From positions 310,001 to 374,000 of the forward strand of contig JBLDXI010000011.1 of NCBI GenBank assembly GCA_047495785.1: a stretch of DNA of 64,000 nucleotides, given 5' to 3'. Positions 24,382-37,653 of the stretch are shown piece by piece. Made by a program: the position numbers and the translations under genes. Position 1 is the stretch's first letter, and each line of letters opens with the position of its first letter. This DNA comes from Lepidodermella squamata (Eukaryota; Animalia; Gastrotricha). The notes under the pieces are model-generated. The model was not told where the DNA came from, did not search any database, and saw only the letters and a list, made by a program, of their open reading frames with translations.

Positions 24382-25492
24382 CAGTTTGATTTCTTTCTGA
24401 ATAATTGAGACCCTAGTTATTATTCCAAAAGGTAGGGAATATTAGAAATATAGCTAGAGGGAAGGAAAGCTAGGTTTGAAAAGGGTATCGCCCGATGGAT
24501 GTTTTTTATTGTACATTCTTCATTTCTTGGTGAGCCTAGATAGAGGGAAACCTGAAAAATAACAAACACACATTGAAAGCTATCTAGACGGTCGCGGCCA
24601 GGTAAAATGGTCCGGTTTAGGTGAAGTCCGGGTTATATTTATACCGGATTGGGTAATCTAACGAAAACTTGAGGATTTTCCACATTTTACGAACTTTGAA
24701 GTTATCCAAGCAGTGTTTGAAATTACAGGAGGGCACAGGGGTACCGTAATCCCATCCTCGAGAGTTGCGGGCAAAAAAACACCAGAAAAACCGTAAGGGG
24801 ACCCTTGGTCAGATCCACGGCATCAAAGCCATTAATTTCCACATTAATAATTGAACTGCATAGATCGAGATACTAGATTATCGGAATGATTGGAATAGTT
24901 TGTTAGGCGTCTCTTGTCTTGCGGGTGCCTGCATTCGACCCCCATAATGACTAGCAAAATTGCCCTTCCGCTTCAGAGAGTCTGGTTCAGACAATAAAGG
25001 AACATGTAAAAGTCACACTTCTAGCGACATAAATCGAGTGACCCAAAATTGTCTGGTATAGACGACTTTCACTGCATATAAACAGTATGATAAAAAAACA
25101 CCACGAATGTGAGTAGAAATTATATGAATAACGGCCGATAAGAAACAGCAGCATGATTAGTATAATCATGCCATATAATCCATATAATCAACTGACTTAT
25201 CAGAAAACACAACTTATCTGAACTGCAACAAGCCATACAGGCTAAATAAATGCTGGAACATGCGTTAGAGTGTCAAACCTATTTTTACCCTACAAACCGC
25301 ACACCGACCCATTCTCATCTCTGTCTTGCAGCTAAAGGTCATCTTGGCTAAAATCTAAAAACTTTACCCGCTAAGATATTAATCTTGCGGTATAAGCAAA
25401 TTTGAGCTTCAAGAGGACAATCTCATTCGATAACAATTTTATTTTCTTTATATATGAATTCAAACAATCTAATTAGTAGGTTTACTAGAAAA

Positions 25493-26684
25493 TCAGGAAA
25501 ACTGATGCAGCAGTAAGTCGGATAAAATAAATAGAGCAGAAACTGTTAAGCTAACAGGTTCGACATAATAGAACGAGAAATCGTTCGAAAGCGCCCACGC
25601 CACAATGGAAGCGACACTCAGAAGCAACGTTGAAACCGACTTGAGTATCATATTCAGCCTGACTTCAAATTTCGACTTGCAAAATGATGAAATCGGCATT
25701 GTGAAAGCGGTGAGAATCATAAAGACCGCCAGAATGGGTAGAAGAATACTAGGGAGGTAAGACGCGTTTTCCGCTTTATGTAAGCGAGCCTCGTAGGGGT
25801 TTCCACTCAATTGAAAGCCAATTATCACCTCATTATCGAAGTTGTATAAGCCGTCGAAGAATAGGACATTCGCGATGAATAGCATGAGGAATAGAGCCAA
25901 TAGGAAATGAACGATTTTAATGTAGAAACCGAAGTTTTCCGGAATCCCAGCTCGATAAATTGGTAGTTTTGCGCCAGTAGCCTCCTCGTTGCTGTTGTAG
26001 TATAGCCACTTTTGAATCCTGTTCAGAGCAGCAGTTGCCAAAAACGCAACTGCAGGAATGATAAAGTTCGGTAGTTCTAGGCCGTAACCAGCGTAATTGC
26101 TGTAGTTGGAAAACGGAATGACAAAACCCATGTAACCTGCTAATTAGCGCCAATAAATCGACGATGTAAAACACCTTCAGCCATGTGAAGTGTTGCTTCG
26201 ATTTTGTAACCCATAACGGCAGAAGGTAGATGGAAAAAGCGAAATGGATGATGTAGGCGTTGATGGGCAGGAAAAGCGTGAAGGCGTCGTAGTAACAGCT
26301 GCGGACATTGTAGACGTAACTGCTGTACTTCGCATCGCAGGACAACATGCAGCCCGAGCCGATGAACCAGGTGATAGCATAGCTCAGGATCAGGCCAAGC
26401 TGGGCTAGGGCTAGAAGGACGTTGAAGATTTTCATCATTAAGATCGTGCCATCTCGCTGGAATACGATGAGTTCGGAGTTTTCTGTAACAGGCCTTGATG
26501 TGTTTGATGACGATAGGCGAGGTGCTGGCGAAGTGGAAGGTCTTGGTTGCTGATATGACGTAACAACTGGCTGCGGTCTAGGATTCGGGGCAACTGAGAG
26601 AGAATAGCTAGGGGGTGCGTCCAAATATGGAGCTGTTGACTGGCCATATTCTGGAGGCAATTTCGATTCTTGAAATTTTTCCAT
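25493..26684 (-). pseudogene. PPxY 8-TM family member P2 with a single frameshift near 26140 (pseudogene or sequence error)
   Basis: Two overlapping ORFs (25917-26690, 25493-26131) together give a full-length paralog; the break falls at ...LALI/AGYMGF. Confidence 0.8.
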
Positions 26685-27301
26685 TGCCAATGAAGTCGCA
26701 GATATTGTAGAATATGTTGTTAATGCAATAATGGTATGTTAGCTAATTTTCGGCCTGTCGATGAGCCACGCGCCATATATACATCGAGTTGAGCAAACAA
26801 TCCTACTCATATCAATGAATAATGCCTTATCGCCAGACTGCAGTGCGGTGAATTATGGTTTTTTTGACGTAAAAGCTGCAAAACATAGCAAGTTTCCCTT
26901 TCCTCTTGCTTGGAGATACGATTTCTCACTTAATCGCGTCATTTTATCATTCGTTGAGAAAAAGGGAACGTTACACAGGAGCAAGCTCTGAGGTTACGTT
27001 AGAAGTCGCATGACAAGTGCTATGCGCCATCTTCAGCTATTTACTAGGGCGTTGGTTTACTAAAAGGCTAGAGATGGCACAATTCATTTCCTTACAGACG
27101 TAATCTTTAATTAATTCAGCTTTAAAACTGGTTCGAGGTGCAATCTTTTTTGAGGCTGAGAAATTGGCTTTCTCTGTCCAAATCATAAAGCAAAGTGTTT
27201 ATTCATTTATCTCGCCGAAGATCATCTCAGAACAAAATGGAAAAACAATGGTGGACAAGTCGTAGTAGTTTAGAAATCATGTGAGTTTACGAATTTTCGT
27301 T

Positions 27302-28444
27302 TCAAAATGCAACGAAGATAACGTAGACATGAAGCAGTGCATACAGCCCGATTGAAGTGAGGAAACTCGCTAGATCAATAGCTCGACAGGCTGAAATAGG
27401 CTTGAAACAGCCCATCTTAACCGTCGCAGTCTTGACATGCTCATGCGTGGCAACGAGAGTGCAGGCAATGAGATCAAATAACGTGATCAAGCCGTTCAAG
27501 CCAGTTAACAACAGCATGTAATCAGCCAAAAGAATTCGCTGTGACGTATTCGGAATCCCGGCTAAAACGTCGGAATGAGCTACGATAAGGGCTAGAAGGA
27601 CTGTCCCACAGAAAATACTCCGATCTGGCAACTCAGGCGGCATGACGAATGAACCGAATACTAGAAACATCAAAATCTGACACGGCAACACTAGATTCAC
27701 CAAATAATGGGTCGGATTTCGCTGAAATTTCAATTGAACCGAAAAATAGCTCGACGAGCCGTTTCTCTGCGCGATTGATGAAGTTTCGCCGTAGCTGAGT
27801 TGCGAATCTAAAAGGGTCCACATGTCGTTACTCAGATTCTGCTCATCACTTATCTGGACATCGCCGAATTTCACGAAATCCACCGGTTGTTCAATGCGAA
27901 AGTCTAACAAGCATTGTTGCGTATCGAACGGGAATTTCCTCAGGTCCAACTCGCAATCTGAGACGAGATCGCCTGATCGAATCCAATGGAAGTACAGCGT
28001 TCGATTCGGTTTGTGAGGTTCGAAGACCACCTCCATTTTCGACGCGAATTCGTCACTGGACATGAACATGTCAGTTGATGACGAGGCGAATATCAACTCA
28101 GGCCGCCACATTGTCGAGAGATCTGTCGCGAAAACACGTTCCGAAGAATTCGCATTTGGGGCTGTGTAGCTGCTCTCACAGGCTGTGACTGTCCACTGGA
28201 GACGCAGCCATGACGTGAAGGCGAGTTTTTGCTCCAGCGATTCAATGTCGATGAGGCGCTGCGGGCGCAGGCTGGCGTAGATTTCAGTATTGGCGAATGG
28301 GGATTTAACTTCGGGCTGGATGTACGGGCATGTTAGGATGTCGTTGATTCTAACGACCGGGTACAAATTTCCGTCGATGATCTCAGGAATCTGGCTGTCT
28401 GCTGCGACGAAGCCGAAAAATGCGAGAACATGGAAGAGCTTCAT
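27302..28444 (-). CDS. Gene C: single-exon Cys-loop channel subunit without lectin or stalk
   Basis: MKLFHVLAFFGFVAA signal directly followed by IPEIIDGNLYP; CELDLRKFPFDTQQC; four TMs. Confidence 0.9.
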   Translation of the reverse strand: MKLFHVLAFFGFVAADSQIPEIIDGNLYPVVRINDILTCPYIQPEVKSPFANTEIYASLRPQRLIDIESLEQKLAFTSWLRLQWTVTACESSYTAPNANSSERVFATDLSTMWRPELIFASSSTDMFMSSDEFASKMEVVFEPHKPNRTLYFHWIRSGDLVSDCELDLRKFPFDTQQCLLDFRIEQPVDFVKFGDVQISDEQNLSNDMWTLLDSQLSYGETSSIAQRNGSSSYFSVQLKFQRNPTHYLVNLVLPCQILMFLVFGSFVMPPELPDRSIFCGTVLLALIVAHSDVLAGIPNTSQRILLADYMLLLTGLNGLITLFDLIACTLVATHEHVKTATVKMGCFKPISACRAIDLASFLTSIGLYALLHVYVIFVAF

Positions 28445-28826
28445 TTTTGACAAAACAATAAAATGATGTAAAATTGTGTGTATATCCAGGAGCGAATTTT
28501 ATCAATCGATGAGCTCATGCCATTAGCTCGCGCCGGAATGAAAAATTCATGAAGTTTTGAGTGGTGCACATTGTTTTGCGTCACATTATCTCGGAAAATT
28601 ATTTGTTAGTCACTGTTGACTGATTATAATTACTATTGATTTCGCCCGTAGTGACTCGTTTTTTCAAGGCAAAACATTTTTTAGTCCTAAAATGTTTCCA
28701 ACCGTGTTTCAAACATTTTTCTTATAAATAGATGGATAATGTTCAGGTGATTTTGGACGCTTGTTTGATACGGCAAGACATTGTGCTGAGTTTCAATTTT
28801 TTACTTAGTAAAAGCTAGAATAAAAA

Positions 28827-31800
28827 TTAGGAGACGTTTTTCAAATATTTGATGAGTTTGTAAGCGTTAGCTTCCAACTGATTCCAATGCTGAACAGCTA
28901 TCATGTTTATTCCAGCGATCGACGCCTTCCAAACTTGAATGGATTGCCTTCTCCTTCGAGAGTTATTGACTGATATGACAAAAAGCCGCCTGCCTATACT
29001 GACTGTCAATTGTTTTAGCGAAATGAACGAAGCTTTGTCATATTGGGACGATGAAGTGATGACCACGATAACAGGCAAAGCAGCCGACCCACTAGCATCT
29101 GAAAGTTACTGAATCGCTGACATTTCGCCGAAATAAAATGCGACATATTACCCTGAGGACCGAAAGCAGAACTCCGGAATATTTGAGCCAAGCTGTTGGA
29201 TATATTGCCTCTCCCGCCGAAATACATCAGTGAATCAATCGCAGAGTCAAGACTTGTTCTGTCCTCGAAACGATCGGAAAGTTTGAACACTCCATAGCCA
29301 GTGTTTCGACCGGCGGAGCTTATTAAGCCGACCTGTAATTAATAAAATAAAGTTCATTAACAATTATGCTTCATATTTATGTCATTACCTGAATATTAGC
29401 TGGGTTAGTTTGAAAGTTGATTGCCATGTGGTCGGTCGTTAGTTTCAGGAAAGTCTTGATTGTAGTCAGTTGCCGCTTTGGAACGTTGAGGGAAGTGTCG
29501 ATAACAAAATAGACATTCAAATTTCGGTTCACGCCTAGAAAATAGGCAAGTGTTATTTCGCACTTTCGTGATAACAAACTTTGAATGATCGTCTCGGTTA
29601 TTAAAGTTAGATGTTTGTGTACAAAGCCCAGAGTTTTGATTCACTCTATAACTTGATGATAAAAAGCTTACTCTCAAGCTTGCAAGACATGTCACAGCCA
29701 TCGCCAACTAATGCATTACCGTCGTCGCACTCTTCCAAGTTTGATTTATCCAACTTTTTATCCCCACAGCCCTAATGCACGGGAAAATTCCGTTGAAAGG
29801 TTACGAGAAGTCAGAATCCAACTCACAGATTGGTATGCTGTAGTAGAGCTGAAATCAGTCACAACAGTTGTCGTGAGTAGCGATGTGGTTACTTGTGACG
29901 TTGAACTGCCTGGTGTACTCGTTGTAACTGGTGATGGACCATTCGCAGAAGTTGACGAAATTGTGTTTGTCGAAGAACTAGTTTCTGGGGAAGACGTAGC
30001 TGTTGTAGTACTTGAAGAGGCGGTCGAAACAGAGCTATTGGACGTTGACGAATCTGTTGTAGATTGACCTGAGGTTGATGTCGAAGAAATAGCTGGAGTC
30101 GAGCTTTGGAAGGAGCTAGTAGACGCTTCAGTGGTTGGGGATGGGCTTGAATCCGGAGAAGAAGTTGTTGTCTTAGGCGTTGTTGAGCTCTCAGATGTCG
30201 ATTCCAAGCTGGTAGTCGTAGTTTCCGTTGAAGGACTACTCGAAGTTGATGTTGACGGAACTGCGGTAGTTGTAGTGCTTGAAGTCGAGCTCGTGCTGGA
30301 TGTGGTTGAGCTCGCAGAAGTCGGATCCAAGCTCGTGGTTGTAGCTTCTGTGGAAGTGCTACTCGAAGTTGACGTTGGCGGAACTGTATTGCTTGAAGTC
30401 GGGCTCGTGGTAGATGTAGTTGGGCTGGTTGTAGTTGAACTAGTTGTTGAAGAGGTTGATTGGGTAGTTGTTGTAGGGCTGGTTGAGCTTGTTGTAGTTG
30501 TAGGTGTCGTTACTGTGGAGCTTGAGCTCGATGTTGAAGTGGCTGATGCTGGCGTTGTTGGAGGCGATGAAGATAGGAACCATACGTGGAACCTCGTCAG
30601 TCGAACTATGACATTGTAGTTATCAGCCGCCATCAATCTGAACATATTGGTGTAAGTTGGCATGAACCCGGACATGTTGAAAGCAGCAACATTTGACAGG
30701 ACAATTGTTGGATTACTGCCAGTTGAAGATGCCAACGCGACCTTGGGAAATCAAATTTGGCGTATTGAAGCTAAATAAGAACCGAGTGTTTGATAAAGCC
30801 CAACTGCCGCAGGTCTCTCTATTACTTTAGTCCCAAAAGTTGGGCTGGTTGTAATTTTTGAAATTTTGGAAGAAAATTAAACGCATTTTTTGAATGGAGC
30901 TCACTGAGAAAATCTACCATCCCGTATCCATTATTTAATCGAAGAAATTAAAAGTATACCTTAGAAAACTCTGAGCCCCGATGAAAACGTTTTCGGTAAT
31001 TTTTAGTTTTTACCTGCGTAGATGAAATTTCTTAGGATTTTTCAAATATCATACTTTATAACTATTTAAATGGCAATTTGGGTTATTCTACATTTTTCCT
31101 GGCCATAAGATGGGATTTCACCTCTCTGTAGAGTTTCTGTTTCTTTTCCCCGTATTTTCTTTGTTTGCGTTAATTATGGAGAAAAAATGCTAAGTTTGGG
31201 CTAACTATAACAAGCCTAACACGGAGTTTTTTTTAAGGGGAGGACATGGTTGACAATGTCAACACCAAAGCGGGTCAATGTCAACACCAAAAATATTTGC
31301 ATCACCCGGGCCAGACAGCAAAATGAGAATTTATCCCACTGTTTTCTTAATTTTTAGAGGTTTGAGAGCGTGTTCCAGTTGGAAATCTTCAAAGTTTTCT
31401 CGCTTCGCTCGGTTATTAGTGGAGTTTGGCGAATACAGGAAATAAAATTTCCATCCCTGGCAGTACGGTATCCAAGATCGCACCCTGCGGCCGAATTTGA
31501 GAGAGAATTGAACCGCCTTAGAATAACCCTTTTGATTTAAGCTCTTATTCCTGAAAAATGTCCACCGAAATAAAAAACAACAAGATTTCTAAGATTAATT
31601 ATGTGTGAAATTTACTATTTTCTTACGTTTTCTCACGGGTAATATCGTGCAAGTCGCTAGAGTGCCTCGCGGAGAGATTTGTCATCATGACGCGATAAAC
31701 ATCCTATTTTTAGACTACTTTCAGCCAAAACTACGTGAAAAAACCGATAGCTTAAGCTCGCAAGTGTACACTTATCAAATAATTGCTCACTATTAACAGA

Positions 31801-33195
31801 ATCGAAGAGATGACAAATGAGGGTATCGCGAGCGAGCGTAGCGAGCGAGCGAACGATTTTTTATCCATTTCTTCATGTCAACACCAAATAACATAAAGTC
31901 AACACCACTGGATTCCTCAAAAAACACACTGCCTAACAAGCCATGTAGTACGACATCCCCCAATTGTGTTCAGTCGTCTAAACAGCTATAAGTTCAGGAT
32001 GCGGTGGGTGCGGGTTGAGGGCGGTTAGTTGAACCCTTGCTTGAAGAACTTGAAACTCTAAAACCACGAATCTGAGCGAACGCACTGCATAATTTATTGC
32101 GAACCCCTCATCCGTCCCCTCTAACAGAGCACCTCGATGAGTGCGGGCGTGTTGATCCTTCCGGTTGAAGACATCGAGGCATCGATGTACGGGCGCAAAC
32201 ATCACAACCTGTCGATGCAGTCTTCAATAATCAATAAGTCTAAATTTCCCTAAAATTCTTAATATGGAAACCGAATAAAAAACTGATAGGAAACACTCTG
32301 TTTCGCAAAGGGCAAAGGTGTTCAAATTAGGGTGGGGAAAAAAATGAAAAATGGTGCTATAACCTCTTATGTTATATCGTAACCCGCAGCAATCAATGAT
32401 AGCGCTAAGAGATACAAGGGAAATGTAGCAAGATCTTACTGTGACAAAATCGTTCAGAGATTGAACAACCATGATGAAACTGCACGAGCCAGACGAGTTG
32501 AGTAAAGGTGAGCTGCCGACTGCAGACGCATTGCCGGGTAGATTGACGTAGGTGAAAGGTGCTGTAGGGTGGTAAGTGGCGTAGGTCTCGCCATTCGGCA
32601 TCAACTTCTGCCAGATCATCAGGCCTATCGGCTGCGCGTATTGAACAGGCTTGTACACTAGACTCAAAATTCTTCGTAAAGTTACAAAAAATGCATGGCG
32701 CTATGACTCACTTGTGGTAATGGTGTTAGCGATTATGAGACCGAACCAGCCGTAACTTCCATTTGTTAGATAACTCGTCTGAACATGGATCTCGGCTCGC
32801 CAGGCAGGTATTGTGTAATTTATCCTCTATTTACGCAAAAACTTGATAGGAAATTAGCATAATGTTGTCGAATCCTCACTGCAGTGGATCTGATGCTGCC
32901 TATGCTCTCGTTAAGGGCACCACTAGCTAATTGAATGTAGCTCCCAAAATCTCGAGCTGCATTCCCGAACGAGAAATTACTTGATGGAATACTGAGGTTG
33001 ACTCTGTCAATCGAATATTCTGGCATATAGGTGGCGTTAGCAGTCAAATAAGGCAGTGGGAGGATGCCTATCGAAGGCTCAGGTAGTTGCGCAAGAATAG
33101 CTACAGGTTAATTCTTTAAGAAACCAAAATTCTATCTCAATAATCTTACCTGGGACATACAGCAAAATTAGGTAGCAGATTGAGATTAGAGCCAT
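28827..33195 (-). CDS. Gene K: secreted lectin-like + Ser/Thr stalk + CGD..EECDDGN..DGC..C repeat + VWA protein; exons 33195-33150, 33100-32880, 32826-32712, 32657-32440, 30741-29827, 29771-29672, 29534-29389, 29332-29152, 29098-28827
   Basis: All junctions are GT-AG and join in frame. VWA-like NVYFVIDTS...QVGLIS...YFGGRGN...VIVVITS; no TM segment. Exon structure mirrors gene J. Confidence 0.8.
31230..31920. repeat. Repetitive insertion inside the long intron of gene K
   Basis: gtcaacacca repeated twice near each end (31258, 31279, 31878, 31898), plus cgcttcgctcg and gcgagcgagcgtagcgagcgagcg motifs. Confidence 0.4.
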
Positions 33196-34585
33196 TGTCG
33201 ATTAAACGGTCCAGCCGAAATCAAAATGTAATTGCTCGCACTGAATCATTGATTTTGGCAGTTTTTCGAAGGGCGGTGCATACAAAAAACATGTTTATCC
33301 CCCACAATTGCTACTGCGTATATAAACAACTGCAAGCGAGAAGACAATTTTATCGTGTTGATTGTTGATGTCTGGTTTTGAGTAAACTACGCAGATTCCA
33401 GGTTAGCAGCAACAACTGGAGAAATAACACAATTTAAGCATGTTTTTAGATCGAAATAGTAAAAGACAGCGGACGTAAACTCTGAAACTATTTTTCAGCT
33501 GTTGCCCATTTTAATTTCAGAAATTAGCCAAAAGATAGAAAAACACATTTGGCGCATGAAATAGCTCCGTGAAGCTATCAAGGCATACCCAAAAAGCTTT
33601 CATTTCTGCATGACGGAGCATTTGCTGGCCTGAATCATGGGTCTCCTTCGATCGATCTGCATCAATCATTGCGTCACATTTGAGAAATCAATGAATAAAA
33701 CAAATGGGTTAAATACTAAATCATACTTAATCATGGGGAATTATGTTTCTTGTTTCATAAGGGTTCAAACTTTAAAGATTCAGATGACGCAACCGTCCTA
33801 GAGGATGTACACATGTACTAGCTGGGACAAGGCGCCCAACTTTTCAAACTTGTTCCTGTCAATTTCACACACCAGAATGCGTAAGGGAATTGTCCGACAT
33901 TTTGTGGTGTAGAAACCGCCTGAATAGTCAAAACTACCTCAAAACTAATATTTGACAGCAGTTTCAGAGGTTTTCGAAAGCCCTGATCACGATTCACGAT
34001 TTCGAAATCCGTTTTTCTTTATCTATCACCGTTAAGGCTGTACGAAAACTGGCCGAAATCATCCTATCTGCCAAGCTGATTTCAGCCGATTTTTCGAGCT
34101 CCCTAATTTTTGTGTCAGGTGCCTTCAGTTTTGGAATTATAGATTCTAAATTACTCCCACGAATGTCCTTAAGATTCTCCCACACTTATATCACCGAAAG
34201 AATTCAGTTTAAAAAAGTTTCAGAGGCTCAGCATTCAGATCAGAATTCAGCTTTTCCAGTTTTTGCAGCAATCACGCACTCCGCCTGTATAAGTCTGGGC
34301 GGATAGGACGAATTCAGCCGGTTTGATTGAATTTCAATAGAGACGTCAATTTTACTTTCCAACTCAAAATATTTCTCAAAAGGGCGATCAAGAATTCATC
34401 AAATTCAATTTTCTGTGATTTTTAAAGTCGAAATCGTCCTTCCCGCCGTGAAAGGGTTAATAATCGAGGCCGCCATTCATAGTCTCGCCAAGATTATTCA
34501 ACGCCGGATTTGGAAAATGATAAGGCTTTATCGCCAATTTTTTGCACCCGTTACTACAGAAAATGACATCCGAAGCTTTACGATC

Positions 34586-34643
34586 TGGCGATAAGGCGAT
34601 TATTCATTGATATGATTAACATCGTATAGGTATAAAAGACCGC
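34586..34643 (+). promoter_or_regulatory. Conserved GATA-site + TATA promoter module of the PPxY 8-TM genes (also ~38843-38902, ~44441-44492, and minus strand ~26805-26837)
   Basis: Consensus tgg(c/t)GATAAggc..ttattcattgatatg....ggTATAAAAgac(c/t)gc upstream of P3, P4 and P5; the GATA/ttattcattgatatg block is also upstream of P2. Confidence 0.7.
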
Positions 34644-34704
34644 AGAGTCTGCACGCAAATTAAACTATAACGGATTCTCTTCTCTCGCTGATATTAATTA
34701 AAGA

Positions 34705-35898
34705 ATGGACCAATACAAAACACCCTTGTGGCCACCTGAGTACGAAGAGCCGTCGGTCAAGTACTCGGAAACACCGCCAAGCTATTCAATGTCTGTAACT
34801 TCCAGTCCGCAAAGTCCAGTGCCGCAGCAAGTGACTCCATCGTATCGCCAGCCTGGTCCGGTTACTTCAACTTCAACTGTCCAAGCCAGCTCTCGAAATC
34901 GTGTTCCGGAAGCTTTGGAACTTGTCGTCTTCCCGAAAAAGCCAGCAGTTTGGGTGTTCAAAACTCTGGGCGTACTAGCATCTCTCGCTCAGGTCGGCCT
35001 AATTTTAGCCTACTCTTTCGACTGGTTCGTCGGGTCAGATTGTTTGACAACGTGCGACAAGAAGTATAATAAGTATAACTCCTCGGCTACGTCCGATTAC
35101 GTCTTCTGCGTTCGCCAATGCTACACCGACAACATCCTGCTGGTCATGCCGATCAATGACTACATGATCCATTTAGCATTTTCAATCTACCTGCTGCCAG
35201 TATGGGTTACAACGTCGACATCGCTGTTCAGCTGGCTCAAAGCGTTGTACTGCATTGACGCAATTGCAATTATGGCGGGTTACATTACTTACGGCGCTCA
35301 ATTGGCGTACTCGGGCGATAGCCCTCTTTCCATTTTGCAAACGATGAATTTCGTCTTTCCGCCAATCGCATTTTTGTCAACCTTTGTCCTGGGCTGGCTT
35401 CAAAACTGGAAATATCCCGCCCATCAGGAGCAAAATGTAGGCGTTAACGAAAGAGGTATCATCAAACACTCGTGCTTTTTCATGGCTCTACTGATCATGC
35501 TATTCATTTCAAACCGCGTGTTTTTCTATGATATTTACAATTACGATTCCGATATCATTCGAGGCTTTTTGAAGGACACGCATCCAGCTGAAGCTCGCTT
35601 GAACATAGCGCAAAAAGCTTCCTACGTTCCCAGCATTCTTCTACCGATTTTGGCGCTTTACATGATTATATTCACCCTTGGCATGCCCGGATTAAAGCAA
35701 TATTTAACGGTTTCTGAATTTGTGCAGCAGTTTGCTAGCCAGTTTGTTTCATCTACGCTTGCCTTTGGCGCTGCTGGTGTGGCTTGGGGATTTTGCGATC
35801 GCTCATTCTATTACATTGAACCCGTTGGTTGTACAGGTTTAGCCCTGCTTTCTTTTACTGATGTTGGGTCATCTTATCTAGTTCCGGGTCGTTCCTAA
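34705..35898 (+). CDS. PPxY 8-TM family member P3 (397 aa)
   Basis: WPPEY...PPSY, Cys-rich loop, FYYIEP motif; intact ORF. Confidence 0.85.
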   Translation: MDQYKTPLWPPEYEEPSVKYSETPPSYSMSVTSSPQSPVPQQVTPSYRQPGPVTSTSTVQASSRNRVPEALELVVFPKKPAVWVFKTLGVLASLAQVGLILAYSFDWFVGSDCLTTCDKKYNKYNSSATSDYVFCVRQCYTDNILLVMPINDYMIHLAFSIYLLPVWVTTSTSLFSWLKALYCIDAIAIMAGYITYGAQLAYSGDSPLSILQTMNFVFPPIAFLSTFVLGWLQNWKYPAHQEQNVGVNERGIIKHSCFFMALLIMLFISNRVFFYDIYNYDSDIIRGFLKDTHPAEARLNIAQKASYVPSILLPILALYMIIFTLGMPGLKQYLTVSEFVQQFASQFVSSTLAFGAAGVAWGFCDRSFYYIEPVGCTGLALLSFTDVGSSYLVPGRS

Positions 35899-35974
35899 GT
35901 TCTAATTTCTAAGTGAATGAACATTTTTAATTACTAAAAGATGATAGATCGATATTTTGATGTTTTATTGGACT

Positions 35975-36248
35975 GGCTTCCCAGCATTCTTCTACCGCGA
36001 TTTTGGCGCTTTTCATGATTTCCATCATCCACGCCATGCCCACATTAAAGCATTTTAGTTCGTGTTCTGAATTTCGGCAGCATTTTGCTAGCCTGTTTAT
36101 TTCAACTTTGCTTCCTGTTGGCGCTGCTGTTGTGGCTTGGGGATTTTAACGGTCATTCTACTATATTGAACCTATTGCCTGTACAGGTTTGGCCATCCTT
36201 ATGTTGGCCGATCTTTTTTTATATTATCTAGTTCCGCATCGCTTCTGA
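35975..36248 (+). pseudogene. Degenerate tandem duplicate of the 3' end of a PPxY 8-TM gene
   Basis: cttcccagcattcttctaccg...ttctactatattgaacc...tgtacaggttt repeats 35625-35900 with indels and stops. Confidence 0.7.
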
Positions 36249-36334
36249 GTTTTGAGTGATTGAACAATTTTAATTAGTAAACAAATAATAGATCGATATT
36301 TTGATGTTTTAATGAGTCCTATTCCGATGATCGA

Positions 36335-36895
36335 TAAACATAGCCATTCAAACACCACCGAATTGTCATAAATTCAGCAAAATGAGATCACACAGCTGTC
36401 AAGTCAATCGCGAGCACAAAAGCGATCAGGTCTAAGGCTCGGATAATTCTCGTATTAGAAGCAATACTAACTTCAATGACCTAAAACAAGGTAAGTTTAC
36501 CGAGAAACAGGCGAGCATTTCATAATAGACGATATTATCAGTAAGTCCAGTTTTTGCAAATAATTCACCATCAAAAAGGCTTGAGATAAGGAAATTTGAG
36601 AGAGACAGCTTATTAACGCGTGCGAAACTTGACAAGCCTGTCGTTAACAGTTACCAGCGAGGATCGCGTCCTTCCAACCGAGGTCTCAGCCTTCATTCTC
36701 CCCACGTGTTCCCATTCCCCATTCCCCGAACCTGATATAAAAAGACCGAAAAGACCTGATACAGAACTACAGGAAAAGCTTCTGGTTGCTCAATTACGAA
36801 GGTCTAATCACACATTTGAACGTTAGAGGTAAATTCTCGAAGGTCATGGTTACAGCCGCTTCGGAATGTCCCGAGTCGGCTCCAATCGAAGTAAA
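36335..36895 (-). pseudogene. Decayed Cys-loop channel fragment closest to gene D
   Basis: Minus strand YFDWSRLGTFRSGCNHDLREFTSNVQMCD*TFVIEQP...SSFARV...YEMLACF with stops and deletions. Confidence 0.75.
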
Positions 36896-37041
36896 TATCC
36901 CGCTGAGATATGCTCTGATAGTTGTCTAGTTGTTTTTCAACATCAGATATCATGCAAGCTTGCGCGAGCCCCGCAAGCCCAGTGAGTTTAGCTATTTTTC
37001 AATTCGATACTCTTTCTCACGTGTGAATTTCCATTTTCCAG

Positions 37042-37653
37042 CCTTCCTACAAGTTGTGTGAAATAACCAAGACACAGGGCACGGGCACGACAGTAAGCAA
37101 TGTTAAACTTTGCACCGCAAATGCTGGGGAGTGCAATTCTGTTCTCAAAGTGGGAACCACGGTAAGAGCTAACTGGTGTATTTACCAGTATTTAACAACT
37201 GCAATCTTCCCAGCCAACTTCTGCCGCGGTAAAATCTTTCCCCTCATTCACCGAGTGTTGTGATCCTGCAAGAGGAACATTTCCCATTCTCTACAATATC
37301 GTTCCTGGCACTCCTCCTGTATTGGCGTGCATTTCAAGTGCCGGCCAGGCATATCCATACAGAATATGGGCTGCAAACGATGATGGTACCCTAGGGCATT
37401 TTGTTTCCGATTCCCTCTAACCGCGCCATTCGACAAAAACGTCGCCGTTGCCAATACCTTGGTAATACTTTGCCTGATACAACTGTTTCATGCTGAGTTA
37501 GTTTCTCGCTTTCAGGATTCCAAACCTGCGGGGAGGTATTTCGCTGCTACTTTCCAAGCATGCTGCCAGCTTATGGCACCGGCACTTGAGGCATTCGCTT
37601 CCAATGGCAACGCCTATGGTGTGTCTGGTTTTGAAGTTTGCGGTCTTGACTGA
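37042..37653 (+). pseudogene. F.ACC-motif family paralog (3 exons visible) with a 1-nt frameshift near 37390
   Basis: SFPSFTECCDPARG...FCFRFPLT...|DSKP...TFQACC...AYGVSGFEVCGLD*. Confidence 0.6.

Noticed and set aside
24730-24810. Short GC-rich dispersed motif (similar at ~43780, ~48320, ~59910)
   Set aside because: Probably a degenerate repeat family, but boundaries and type cannot be defined by eye.
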